From Eledone cirrhosa (Eukaryota): DNA of 64,000 nt. The stretch's first letter is position 1. Every line of letters starts with the position of its first letter. Below the pieces are notes generated by a model. That model had not been told where the DNA came from, made no database searches, and worked only from the letters and a program-made list of their open reading frames with translations. Where the stretch lies: the NCBI GenBank assembly GCA_964016885.1, contig OZ024742.1, positions 116,188,001 through 116,252,000 of the forward strand. Direction: 5' to 3'. The position numbers and the translations under genes are program-made. Of the stretch, positions 14,083-26,268 are shown in pieces.

Positions 14083-15701
14083 CGCATGTGTGTGTATGTG
14101 TAAGCATATGTTGGTGTATATGAATGTGCGTATGTAGGAAAGTATGTATAAGTGTGTGTATGTGCATATGTCGGTGTATGTGAGTATGTGTCCGTATGTG
14201 AGTGTATTCGTATGCGTAAATCTATACAAAATATGGCGTCCTTCTGTCTCGGTTGTATCCAAATATCAATTTCGTTTCACTGGGCACTAAGCCAAATTTG
14301 GAATGAGTGGTGGTGGTGGTAGTGTCGTGGGGAAATTGTTCTCTGTAGGTACACAGTCCATTGAATCCTCATCTATGGGACGGAATATTGCTGGTATTTT
14401 TATCGAATATGTAGGGAAATATGTCAAGGGTTCATCAACAAAAAGGTTTCTTTTCAACAGACATAATACCAGACTCACTGAATTGATTATCAGAATTGGT
14501 AAAACATCGAAAAAAATATATTTTAATATTTAGTTACGGTCATTTATACTTTGACGTCAGACCCCATGATGTCACTTTTGGTTGTCGTCTTTGGTTCGAT
14601 ATAAGAAAATACCAGTCAAACATAGGGTCGTTCTAATCGATTTTATATCTCTACCCTAAATGTAAACCATGTATCTATGAATGAAACAAATATATATATA
14701 TATATATATTTTAAGTAGTAAGTAGCCCCACTGAAGACTATGATTGTAGAATAAGCCGAGCGGTGCAGGTTCAAATCAGTATTTATACGCAAACCCTCTT
14801 TAAGAATTGTGATCTGCATGTAATCTAAATGAGCACTAACTAACTTGAAGTGAATCGTTCAATAACAGTGGAGAGATATTTGATCATGCTCTTCAGAGTT
14901 AGATGTGTAAAATAGACCCCATCTGTTTCGACTGTGAATGTTGGACTTGTTTGTGCGGGCAATGGTATGGACTATTCTCTAAATGAACGTGATAGTGATT
15001 GAGTCTTCCACAGATATTTATACTATTAATGTTTTAAGTAGTTGACCGCACCTCCACCGCCTACACGTTGAAAGGGCAGTCAAAATCTGAAGTTGTTGAC
15101 AAGTGGATATAACCTCGTCAAAACTGACGTCATCTGAATAGATAGAAGAGTCAAATGTTGAATATTTTGAGATTTAAACATATAACAGCATAGCAAGTGA
15201 CGTCATAAGAATCAATGACCATGCATCTTACAATAAATGACATCTGAAAGTCAAGCAGTTAATCTCTCAGGTAATTATTTCCCGATTGCTGAAAGAATGC
15301 GGACATCATTGTGAGGGTTCAAGTCTGTATATGCAACCAAATAGAAGAAAAATATGAAATATTCAAATGACTGTAAAATAAATAAATAACAGCATTAAAA
15401 ACCAGCCGCCTTGAGAGTCATTCTAGGAGGAAGTTGATATGTTAAAGGAAATATTAGGAAGCAAGAAACATTTAAAAGAAACTGTTCAATAAATACACAC
15501 AGAGATACACACATATATACATACCCCCCCCCCCCCCTACATACACACATATCCCCCCCTCTCTATCTCTATATATACAAGGAAAAATGATGAAATCGAA
15601 TCATTTTTCCTCATTTTCACTCGTGTAGGACACCGTTTTTTTTTCATTTTGTAAAGAAACCTCACTAATATATATATATATAATATATGTGTGTGTGTGT
15701 G

Positions 15702-15777
<76 letters not shown>

Positions 15778-15804
15778 CATATATGTGTGTACTATATATG
15801 TGTG

Positions 15805-15853
<49 letters not shown>

Positions 15854-16121
15854 ACATATACAGTACATAAAAGAAAATCAGATATGCTGCAGAGTAGCCC
15901 GTCGTTGCCGAGAAATTTGCACCAAAGCATGATTTTCTTTTAATTATTTTCTATTCCATGTCTCCCACGTGCCCCAAAACCTTTTCGTTCGGACCGAGAT
16001 TTCGAAAAGGTAATTGAGATTCAGACTTTCCGAGGTCTTTGGTCTCAACACATACATACATGCACCCAAAGTTCTCAAATAGGTAGCATATATATAAACA
16101 TACACACACAGACACACACAC

Positions 16122-16161
<40 letters not shown>

Positions 16162-16165
<4 letters not shown>

Positions 16166-16343
16166 ATGTATGACCCCGACAGCAGAGCTCACGCCGTTTC
16201 GACGGCTATTTCTGAAATAGCCGTTGAAACGGCTTGAGCTCTGCCGTCGGGGTCATACATTTTCCTATTACCCACTCTACTACCCTAAGTATTGAGTACT
16301 CTGGTGCGTTTTGGTCCATCTGGTTCCTTACCTCAATTCCTTC

Positions 16344-16348
<5 letters not shown>
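16162..16348 (+). mobile_element. Foldback family C copy 1 (51-bp arms, 1-nt loop, ~84-bp tail)
   Basis: 16162-16212 inverted to 16214-16264; homologous to 49237-49433 and 40211-40350; (TA)n flanks. Confidence 0.85.
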
Positions 16349-16392
<44 letters not shown>

Positions 16393-16934
16393 GTGCGCGC
16401 GTGCGTGTTTGTGATATCGTGTCTGTTGATGTTTTGCTGTTCATTCATAAGGAGACCAGAAAATAAAATACTTGTCACGTACTGTGGTCGATTTAATCGA
16501 CTTTCCCTTTCCCTTCAAATTGCTGGCATTGTGCCTAAATCAGAAACAATTATTAGTATTATTATTTAGGAGAGTCATATATATGTATGTTTGTATATAT
16601 TTGTATACATACGCATACATGCATACACATATATGTTTTGTTTCGTTCATTCTATGTTCTAGTTGTGTGTTTAGATAATGTGAAAAGTTAAGAATCAGAG
16701 ACTATTGTGAATTCTGATGATGCATGCGATGCAATGTAATGATACTTTTTTTTATTTAAATAAATGAAGCACGATGAATAGATGGCAAACTATATAAAAT
16801 ATTCGTTGCTAGGGAAGTTTTACAGTTAACTCATTGAAATTTTAAATAAAGGATCTTTTAACTATAAAGAGATATATAGGTTTTGTTATCACGACAAGGA
16901 AGAAATGGACGTATAAGCATATATATGTAAACAT

Positions 16935-17010
<76 letters not shown>

Positions 17011-17747
17011 AATGTGGACACATGCGCAAACACATCCAACCATATGATAGTTTGTGATTATAAATTCACAAACACATATATAAATATTATAACGTGTCGG
17101 GACCCGACAGCAGAGCTCTTGCTGTTTCAACACCTAGTTCCAGACGCAAGAGCTTAGCCTTCGTGTTTTCGTTTTCGTTGATCAGATGTCATTCAAAAGC
17201 CTTGGGTCGCTTCATGGCAATGTACGGTCGATGGCACTTACTGGTGAGACAACGCAATGGTTCGTAACCTGGACGTTATGATTTCAAAGAGACACACTTA
17301 ACTACACGGCCATGCTGCTTCCAATTATAAACCTGAATTTATATAAATTCCAACGCAATTTCATTATCTCTCCATCTCAATGGCGGTGAATTGGTTGTAT
17401 CAGCAACCATCGAACAATATGATTTGCAGTATTTAGTTATGAATCTCTGAATGGAGATGTCAGATTTTGCATTTCATCCTTCCGTGATGGATAAAAGAAA
17501 ATGCCTCTTAAGTACAGTGGTCGATATAATCGACTTCATCTACCTCCCGAATAGTTGGCTGTCTTCCAATATTAGAGAGAATCATTTAATCAACACATTA
17601 GGTACAATTACATAAAGACTATAACATGGATGATGTTTGATCAAAGGTAATCATTAAGAGGGACAGAGAAGGGTTATCCGATTTCGTGGTGTCCCGATTA
17701 AGTCAAAGGAAAACGCATATTTTTACATATTTTATATATATATATAC

Positions 17748-18267
<520 letters not shown>

Positions 18268-18914
18268 GGGTATGTAGCGTTCGTATTTTCTTATTTTTTC
18301 TTCATGCACAATTTAGACAAACTGCGTTCCAAAATCCAGTGTGTATTTATGTTTCAAACCTTCCACGCCATCTTCAGAATGAGGATGGTCATAATATAAG
18401 CTTATTTGCTCTGTGCTTATGCATTTATATATGTGTGTGCGTGTGTGTTTGTATCTGTGGGTGTCGCTCCATATGTGTGTGTGTATGTGGTGTTCTGAAA
18501 CCATAGTCACACATTTATATGCATACATATTCGCTGCGATAATAATGTTCGTTGTAGTGATAGAGGAAAGGATATTTGCTATGTTAAAGGCTGTCATGGT
18601 ATTGGTGAATGTGTTTGTCTTAGTAGTGCTAGTGTTAGTGTTACTGATTGTGGTCGTAGTCAATATGATGGCGGTGGGATTTTCGTTTTCTTTAATTCTT
18701 ATTGGGAATCTGAATGTCATTTAACGTGCCAAAGAACAACCAGATTTATCGAGAACACGCACACATTGCGTGCCGAGTATATTGTTGCTTTTATTAGCTT
18801 CGTTGCGTGCTGATGCATCACCACTGTTTGTTTATACATAGGCACACACAAACACACAGACTTACAGAATACACATACACACATGCACAGAGGCACACAC
18901 ATATACACACACAG

Positions 18915-18980
<66 letters not shown>

Positions 18981-19069
18981 TGCCGAAGCAAGTACAATAC
19001 ATATGTATATATATATATATATATATAATTTCACATTTTATTTTTGCTTATATTTTCTTATTTCCTCCT

Positions 19070-19114
<45 letters not shown>

Positions 19115-19120
19115 TATAAA

Positions 19121-19154
<34 letters not shown>

Positions 19155-19354
19155 CTATAAAATGTTTTCACTGCCAGCTTAACCTCTTCAAATGCAAGTC
19201 GGTGTTATAACGGTATGTCGAATCTATTTATCTATAAAACTATTTATATTGTATTTTGTCTGAGGAAGGCATAGCATATTGTTAATATGATATCCCCGAA
19301 ATATATATAATGAAATAAATATGGTTTTATAAATATAGTTTCCATTTATTTAAT

Positions 19355-19360
<6 letters not shown>
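19155..19360 (+). mobile_element. ~200-bp hammerhead-bearing insert in (TA)n, same family as 49662-49810 / 50109-50290
   Basis: Shared 3' end TATGGTTTTATAAATATAGT.TCCATTTATT and hammerhead position. Confidence 0.75.
19252..19317 (+). ncRNA. Minimal type-I hammerhead motif with palindromic stem III
   Basis: Stem I TATTTTGT/ATGAAATA; CTGAGGA 19260-66; 14-position stem II with 3 mismatches; GAA + ATATATAT palindrome; predicted cleavage after 19309. Confidence 0.75.
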
Positions 19361-19385
<25 letters not shown>

Positions 19386-19629
19386 ACTTTTAGGAGGAAA
19401 TAAGAAAATATAAGCAAACTAAAATGTGAAAACAATACAAAAGCTTAATCCGAATATGGAATACGCTTTCATGCTTACGTATGTGTGTATGTACCTCTCT
19501 AACTCGCTCTCTTGCTCTCCCTCTCTCCTCTCTGTCTCTCCCTCTCTCTCTCCATTTCTCTCTCTCTCCCTATCTTTCTTTATATATATATACAGTTATA
19601 TTTACATGAATGCATGAGTGTGTATAAAA

Positions 19630-19715
<86 letters not shown>

Positions 19716-19769
19716 ATTTATATATATATATATATATGTATGTATATATATATATATATTATATTTATA

Positions 19770-19833
<64 letters not shown>

Positions 19834-19910
19834 CCAGGTCTATCAAATAGAGAAAAAGTTTTAAAATACATTTAAAACAATTCACTGTACTTACTATATA
19901 TGCCTTACCG

Positions 19911-19952
<42 letters not shown>

Positions 19953-19954
<2 letters not shown>

Positions 19955-21385
19955 CGGTGATGAATTAGTTTTGCGAGGTTTTTGATATGAAATCGTGTGT
20001 CGAATCAAATATTGTTATTGGCAGTATCGGTAGAGGGTCAGACACCATGCTTTCCAGCATAGTTACGTCCCTTTACGATCTGAGTTCAAATCCCGCCGAG
20101 GTTTACTTTGCCTTTCATCCTTACGGTGTCGATAAAATAAAGTACCAGTAATGCACTGGGTAATTGCTGGCCTTGTGCCTAAAGTAGAAACAGTTATACT
20201 ATACGAACATGCCTGACAAAAACACGACGGTATCATAGACAACATAGAACTGGACATGAAAGGAATTTGCCCATTATACAGGAGCAGATCATGGAATAGC
20301 TTAGATAGGGCTAGACATAAGATAGGGAAGGCCACCTCATGGTACGACAACCAGAGATACCAGAGTGTCATGGTTGTGGACGCTACCCCTGGAGGAAAAT
20401 TAGCTAACCAGTGTAGAATGGCCCTGAGAAAGACCCACTTAAAGATTAAGGTGGTAGAAAAGCCAGGAACCAGCATAAAATCCCTGATCCGCAAAACCTA
20501 CCCTTTTAAGAAAACCCACTGTACTAATAGGAAATGTATCATAGTTAAGGTAAACCCCGTATAAACTGTAAAAATAGAAACGTAGTCTATAGCATAAGAT
20601 GTACAGAGGGTACTTGCAGAAACATGACAACAACATACATAGGCGAGACAGCTCGTAGCATAGGAGAAAGGATAGACCAACACTGGGGGAACTAAAAGGA
20701 CGAAAAAACGGGTCAGTACTATACGAACATGCCAGACAACAACACGACGGTAACATAGACAACATAGATATTAGAATAATATCTAAACATAGAAATGATC
20801 CAGCAGATAGGCAAATCAGAGAGGCCAGTGAAATAGAACTTAGAAAGCCAAGGCTAAACAGAAAGAATGAATGCAATAAAAACAACGCCCAAACAAACCA
20901 CACTGACCTAAGAGAAGTATAAATAAATAACAACAAACACATATAAACACACACTAGTAAAGATAGAATACATTAACCAATACACAGTCACCCAATCACG
21001 AACACACATCAAATAAAACACTATACACACACCCAAACGCATGCGCAAAGAAGATAAAATAAAATAAACAAATAAATTAATATATAAACAGACTAAATAA
21101 AAATGGTGTAGAAAATACAATGCAACGGTAGGAAACAATAGCACCACTGACGATGTTGCAGATGTGCAATGAAAGAACTTTGATAAACTATATATATGTG
21201 TTTGTGTCTATATTGTGTCTGTATTATTTTTGACCGTTGGTCAGTCAATGGCAACATTGAGGACCGAATAAATTAGATTACCGATATAAAAGACACAGAA
21301 GCGAAAAGCGAAAATCATCTAAACAGTGAGTGTGTTCTGTTATTAATTATTTCAATATTACACAAATATGACCCTCCCCAAGTAT

Positions 21386-21391
<6 letters not shown>
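19953..21391 (+). mobile_element. Penelope-like element (PLE), 5'-truncated, with GIY-YIG endonuclease remnant and terminal repeat (pLTR), in (TA)n
   Basis: Coding remnant 20256-20920, 3' non-coding part containing CTGACGA...GAAA, inverted tail piece at 19953-20018; (TA)n on both sides. Confidence 0.85.
20256..20920 (+). pseudogene. PLE RT-thumb/linker + GIY-YIG endonuclease (frameshifted), tentatively Naiad-type
   Basis: PLYRSRSWN, VDATPGGKL, KIKVVEKPG; after a frameshift NCKNRNVVYSIRC...TYIGETARSIGERIDQH, then SVLYEHARQQH...RQIREASEI...LNRKNE (GIY-YIG motifs with conserved R, E, N). Confidence 0.85.
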
Positions 21392-21464
<73 letters not shown>

Positions 21465-21784
21465 AATCTACCAAAAGTTTACGGTAGTGTCCAATCCGTA
21501 TGAAGAACTCAATGTAATCCGGATATCACGAAAAGAGAAGATGCATTCAAAAACTACTTTCGGTGAAAAATAAACGGAAAACAGAGTCAAGAAAAATTAA
21601 TAAAATAATGAATAAACAAAGAAACAGTTCCTTATATTAAAAAAATTCATCATTTTACGATCGTTTCTAGGATATATATGTGTTAGAGTTGGTATGCATA
21701 TTCTATAGATCTATGTACAATATTTATACAAACTATCAGATGGAATATACATACCTACACATATATATGCTGTCTTCAGAAATA

Positions 21785-21820
<36 letters not shown>

Positions 21821-22170
21821 AGAGAGAGAGAGAGAGAGTGTGAGAGAGAGATAGATAGATAGATAGATAGATAGATATATAGATAATACACACATACAAC
21901 AAGGTGTGCCTGATAGTGTGTATCTCCGCCCACGTGTGAGTGTTTTCTTCGTTCACATTGTTTTCATTTAATTAACTTTTACATTCATGCACGTCTCTTA
22001 GTTCGTTACTAAATGTCGTTACATTGAAAAATTGTGATGACATTTTAACTAATCCGCATACATTTGCACAGAGATATTTTAATCACTATTATCTGCCTGT
22101 CTACTCTCTCCTTCGTCGCACTTATCTGTAGCTAAAAACCCATGTACACACACACACATAGATATAGATA

Positions 22171-22214
<44 letters not shown>

Positions 22215-22217
<3 letters not shown>

Positions 22218-22823
22218 TGGCTGCCAACTCGTTTTCGAGTACGGCCACTACTTTATATCCATGTAGGAGAACCTCTACCAATGCGCTGAACGAATGTGAC
22301 TTTTTAGTCCAGCCAGCGACTTGAAAACTCTGGTACAAACACTACACTTGTGACAATTATTGACACATAGTGCTGGGCCCATGGTACCATGTGACGACAA
22401 GTGCAGAGAGATCTCCAGATATAAAGCAATGCCTGTGCTGTGAAGCTTTTATAGTGAGCAAAGGCACTGCACAAAGCCAGTCCCACTCTCTTAACCAAGA
22501 TGATATTTACCAAAAAGAAGAACAATTCAACATCATTGGATACCATCAGGGTTGCAGGTGTTATATCAGAGTTTTCCTTCTCCTAGAATTCTGCCTTGAC
22601 AAAGGCTAAGGGGTCATCTCTCCCGGTGATTTTGGATGGCATTGACTCTTAAGAGCTCCTTTACCCTTTGACAGGTTTTGTTTTTAGTCCTGCAGGATGT
22701 CCAAGGTCACCCTCCTCACCAAGAAACCTTGGTGGGGTTGCCAGTTTAATCGCCAACGACCCGACCATGAGACAGGTTGTACTGGGATACATGTTACCAG
22801 TAGCACGAACTGGTGACCTGACA
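22215..22823 (-). mobile_element. ~610-bp non-coding repeat, copy 1; resembles RTE-type LINE 5' UTR derivative
   Basis: Direct repeat of 23386-23995 (~14 differences by eye); - strand contains CTAGGAGAAGGAAAACTCTGAT, reminiscent of RTE 5' UTRs (class and strand tentative). Confidence 0.6.
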
Positions 22824-23352
22824 CATATATACATACATATATATATACATACACATATATATACACACACACATACACATATACATACATACATATATAC
22901 ATATATATACATATACACATATATACATATACATACATATATACACACACATATACATATATATATACATACATATACATACATATATATACACATACAT
23001 ACACATATACATATATACACATATACACATACATATACATACATATATATACACATACATACAAATAAATACATATACACACATATATATATATATATAC
23101 ATACATATATATATATATACATACATATATACATATATATACATACACATATACATACATACACACACACATATATATATATACATATACACATACATAC
23201 ACACACATACACATATATATACATATACATATACATATACATACACACATACATATATATATATACATACACATACACACATATATATACACATACATAT
23301 ACACACATATATATACATATACATACACATATATATATATACACACATATAC

Positions 23353-23383
<31 letters not shown>

Positions 23384-23385
23384 CA
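22824..23385. repeat. Compound (AT/AC) microsatellite; representative of dozens of (TA)n, (CA)n, (GA)n, (AAT)n tracts in the window
   Basis: Direct inspection; e.g. (TA)n 10489-10568, 19632-19830, 36895-37012; (TG)n 30759-30856; (TTA)n(GTA)n 26162-26268. Confidence 0.98.
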
Positions 23386-23991
23386 TGGTGGCTGCCAACT
23401 CGTTTTCGAGTACGGCCACTACTTTATATCCATGTAGGAGAACCCCTACCGATGCGCTGAACGAATGTGACTTTTTAGTCCAGCCAGCGACTTGAAAACT
23501 CTGGTACAAAGACTACACTTGTGACCATTATTGATACATAGTGCAGGGCCCATGGTACCATGTGATGACAAGTGCAGAGAGATCTCCAGATATAAAGCAA
23601 TGCCTGTGCTGTGAAGCTTTTATAGTGAGCAAAGGCACTGCACAAAGCCAGTCCCACTCTCTTAACCAAGATGATATTTACCAAAAAGAAGAACAATTCA
23701 ACATCATTGGATACCATCAGGGTTGCAGGTGTTATATCAGAGTTTTCCTTCTCCTAGAATTCTGCCTTGACAAAGGCTAAGGGGTCATCTCTCCCAGTGA
23801 TTTTGGATGGCTATTGACTCTTAAGAGCTCCCTTGCCCTTTGACAGGTTTTGTTTTTAGTCCTGCAGGATGTCCAAAGTCACCCTCCTCACCAAGAAACC
23901 TTGGTGGGGTTGCCAGTTTAGTCGCCAACGACCCGACCATGAGACAGGTTGTACTGGGATACATGTTACCAGTAGCACCAACTGGTGACCT

Positions 23992-23995
<4 letters not shown>
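23386..23995 (-). mobile_element. ~610-bp non-coding repeat, copy 2
   Basis: See copy 1; separated by ~560 bp of compound AT/AC microsatellite. Confidence 0.6.
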
Positions 23996-24055
<60 letters not shown>

Positions 24056-24163
24056 AATGAAGGTCACGTTTTTGGAATGCTTGTCAATGTGTTCAATATA
24101 TTTAAATATAATGAAAAATAAATTCTTACATATATATATATATACAGACCTCGTACTCACCAA

Positions 24164-24205
<42 letters not shown>

Positions 24206-25277
24206 TAAATATATATGGTGGTGTCTGGTATGTGCATATATATATTTACAGACATATACATTAAAGGAAATGCAGTCCTCGTGACCGAGGAAACATCTTA
24301 GTATTTCATATCTGCTTTCAGTTACTCATGTGTACCCAACCAAACTACAATAACTTTTACAGAAATCGGAAAAATGGTATGTGTCATCAACAGTGTCATT
24401 TAATATCAATAATTTCGCTGGCTTTGCAGATCATAATGTACCAGCGTCTTTTTAATATTTTAGAAATATTAAATAGTGAAGTCCTTTTAAATTCTACATT
24501 TCATTTGTGCAATATTCATGTGTTGGAGTTTTTTTGTATTTTGTATATTGAAATGTTTTTATCGGAAGATGTCCTCCATTTTGTGGTCAATTTTATCTAG
24601 TTTTAATTTTTTTATGTATTGCGTTGGCCTCTTGTTGCAAACGCCCGATGAATCGATGGCAAGATGAGCAACACGATTTTGTCATATCGAGTCATGGAAT
24701 ATTAATGTTCATGCTCCGATTAAAACTTATTCTAAAATGTTGGTTGTCGAATATTTGATTTTATATATATATATATATCTCGCAGAAAAAAGAGAATCAG
24801 TGTAACGACGAAAGGGATTTATTGGACATATTACTACTGTTTCTCAGGCGGCTGGCCGACTAACTCACTCGATATGCAAGTTGGGCTGCTCAGTCGTTAA
24901 TATGCATAAGGAAAGTATATACTTTCAAACGTTCAATCATCTGACAGGAAGGTATACGATGCTGACGATAGCTAATAAGCTTGAAACTAGTTCAGCGTTC
25001 CTTTGCCAGTGATGAACAAAAGGGCAACGATGGTTGCCGTGCACTGTACGGCTTAATTGGGGCTGTTTGTTTACAAACAGACCGAATATTATAATAAATG
25101 GTCGGTAAACCCATACGTACATATATATATATGTGTGCATGTATGTATATATATACAATACATACTACTGTACATCTGTATACATATATGTATGTACGTT
25201 TACATACTTTTATTTAAGTATTAGCCGTACTAAGAGTTAGAAATGACATTTCGTTTTATTTTTTCCCTTTTATATAT

Positions 25278-25344
<67 letters not shown>

Positions 25345-25352
<8 letters not shown>

Positions 25353-25465
25353 TAACAGATTAAAGTTTAAGCAAAGAATCTGTTATTTTAATAAATATTT
25401 GCTGTACTGTCTTTATATATTATAATCCTTATCGAGTCCTCTTCGGATGTTAGTCTTCATATTGC
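25345..25465 (+). mobile_element. Minimal foldback element (17-bp arms + ~72-bp tail)
   Basis: TATTAAAATAACAGATT / AATCTGTTATTTTAATA abutting (TA)n; tail has ATCGAGTCCTC. Confidence 0.55.
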
Positions 25466-26161
25466 GTGTATGTGTATGTATAAGTGTGTGTGTGTGATCT
25501 AGCGATATATGGTATGTTTAAGAAGACTCATTTGAAAGCATTTAGCCATGGATTTTGGGAGCTGATGAGTAGAACCATACGCGGAATCCAGTTACTGCAA
25601 AGGTGGGTAAGTTGTCGATGGTCGACCGTTTTTGACTCCGGTCGTTATCAAGGCAACGCTACATCCTCCTGCTCTCCGCTGGAATTCAATATAAGCGAAT
25701 ACATATTGTTCTGTTGCCTATGTACATTGGCTAATACACCTGATTGGCATTTGGAGCTGTCGGCCAGCTCTGCCTGAAAACAGATTTAAGATGTTCACAC
25801 CGACATAGCTTCATAAATCTGTGTTCGTACATTAAGCGGTATACGGTATGTTTACGAATAAACTTTTAAAAGCCTTTAGCTATGATTTTTTGGAACCATT
25901 ATTATTATTAATTTTCTGAGTTCAAATCCCGCCGTGGTTAACTTTGCCTTTCATCCTTACGGGGTCGATAAAATAAAGTACCAGTAATGTACTGGGTAAT
26001 TGCTGGCCTTGTGCCTAAAATAGAAACAATTATTATTATTAATTTTATTAGTACAAACAACGTTGATTTTGACAATTTTTTATAGCTTTTTTTGGTTTCG
26101 TCCTCACATTCACTTAACAAGTCACATCACAAATTTGATAGGTTAATAAGTTTTAAAAATC

Positions 26162-26268
<107 letters not shown>

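Noticed and set aside
24815-24910. - strand hammerhead-like CATAT-TAACGA...GAAACAGTAGTA-ATATG
   Set aside because: Core is missing a base and has a substitution, and stem II is poor; at most a decayed relic
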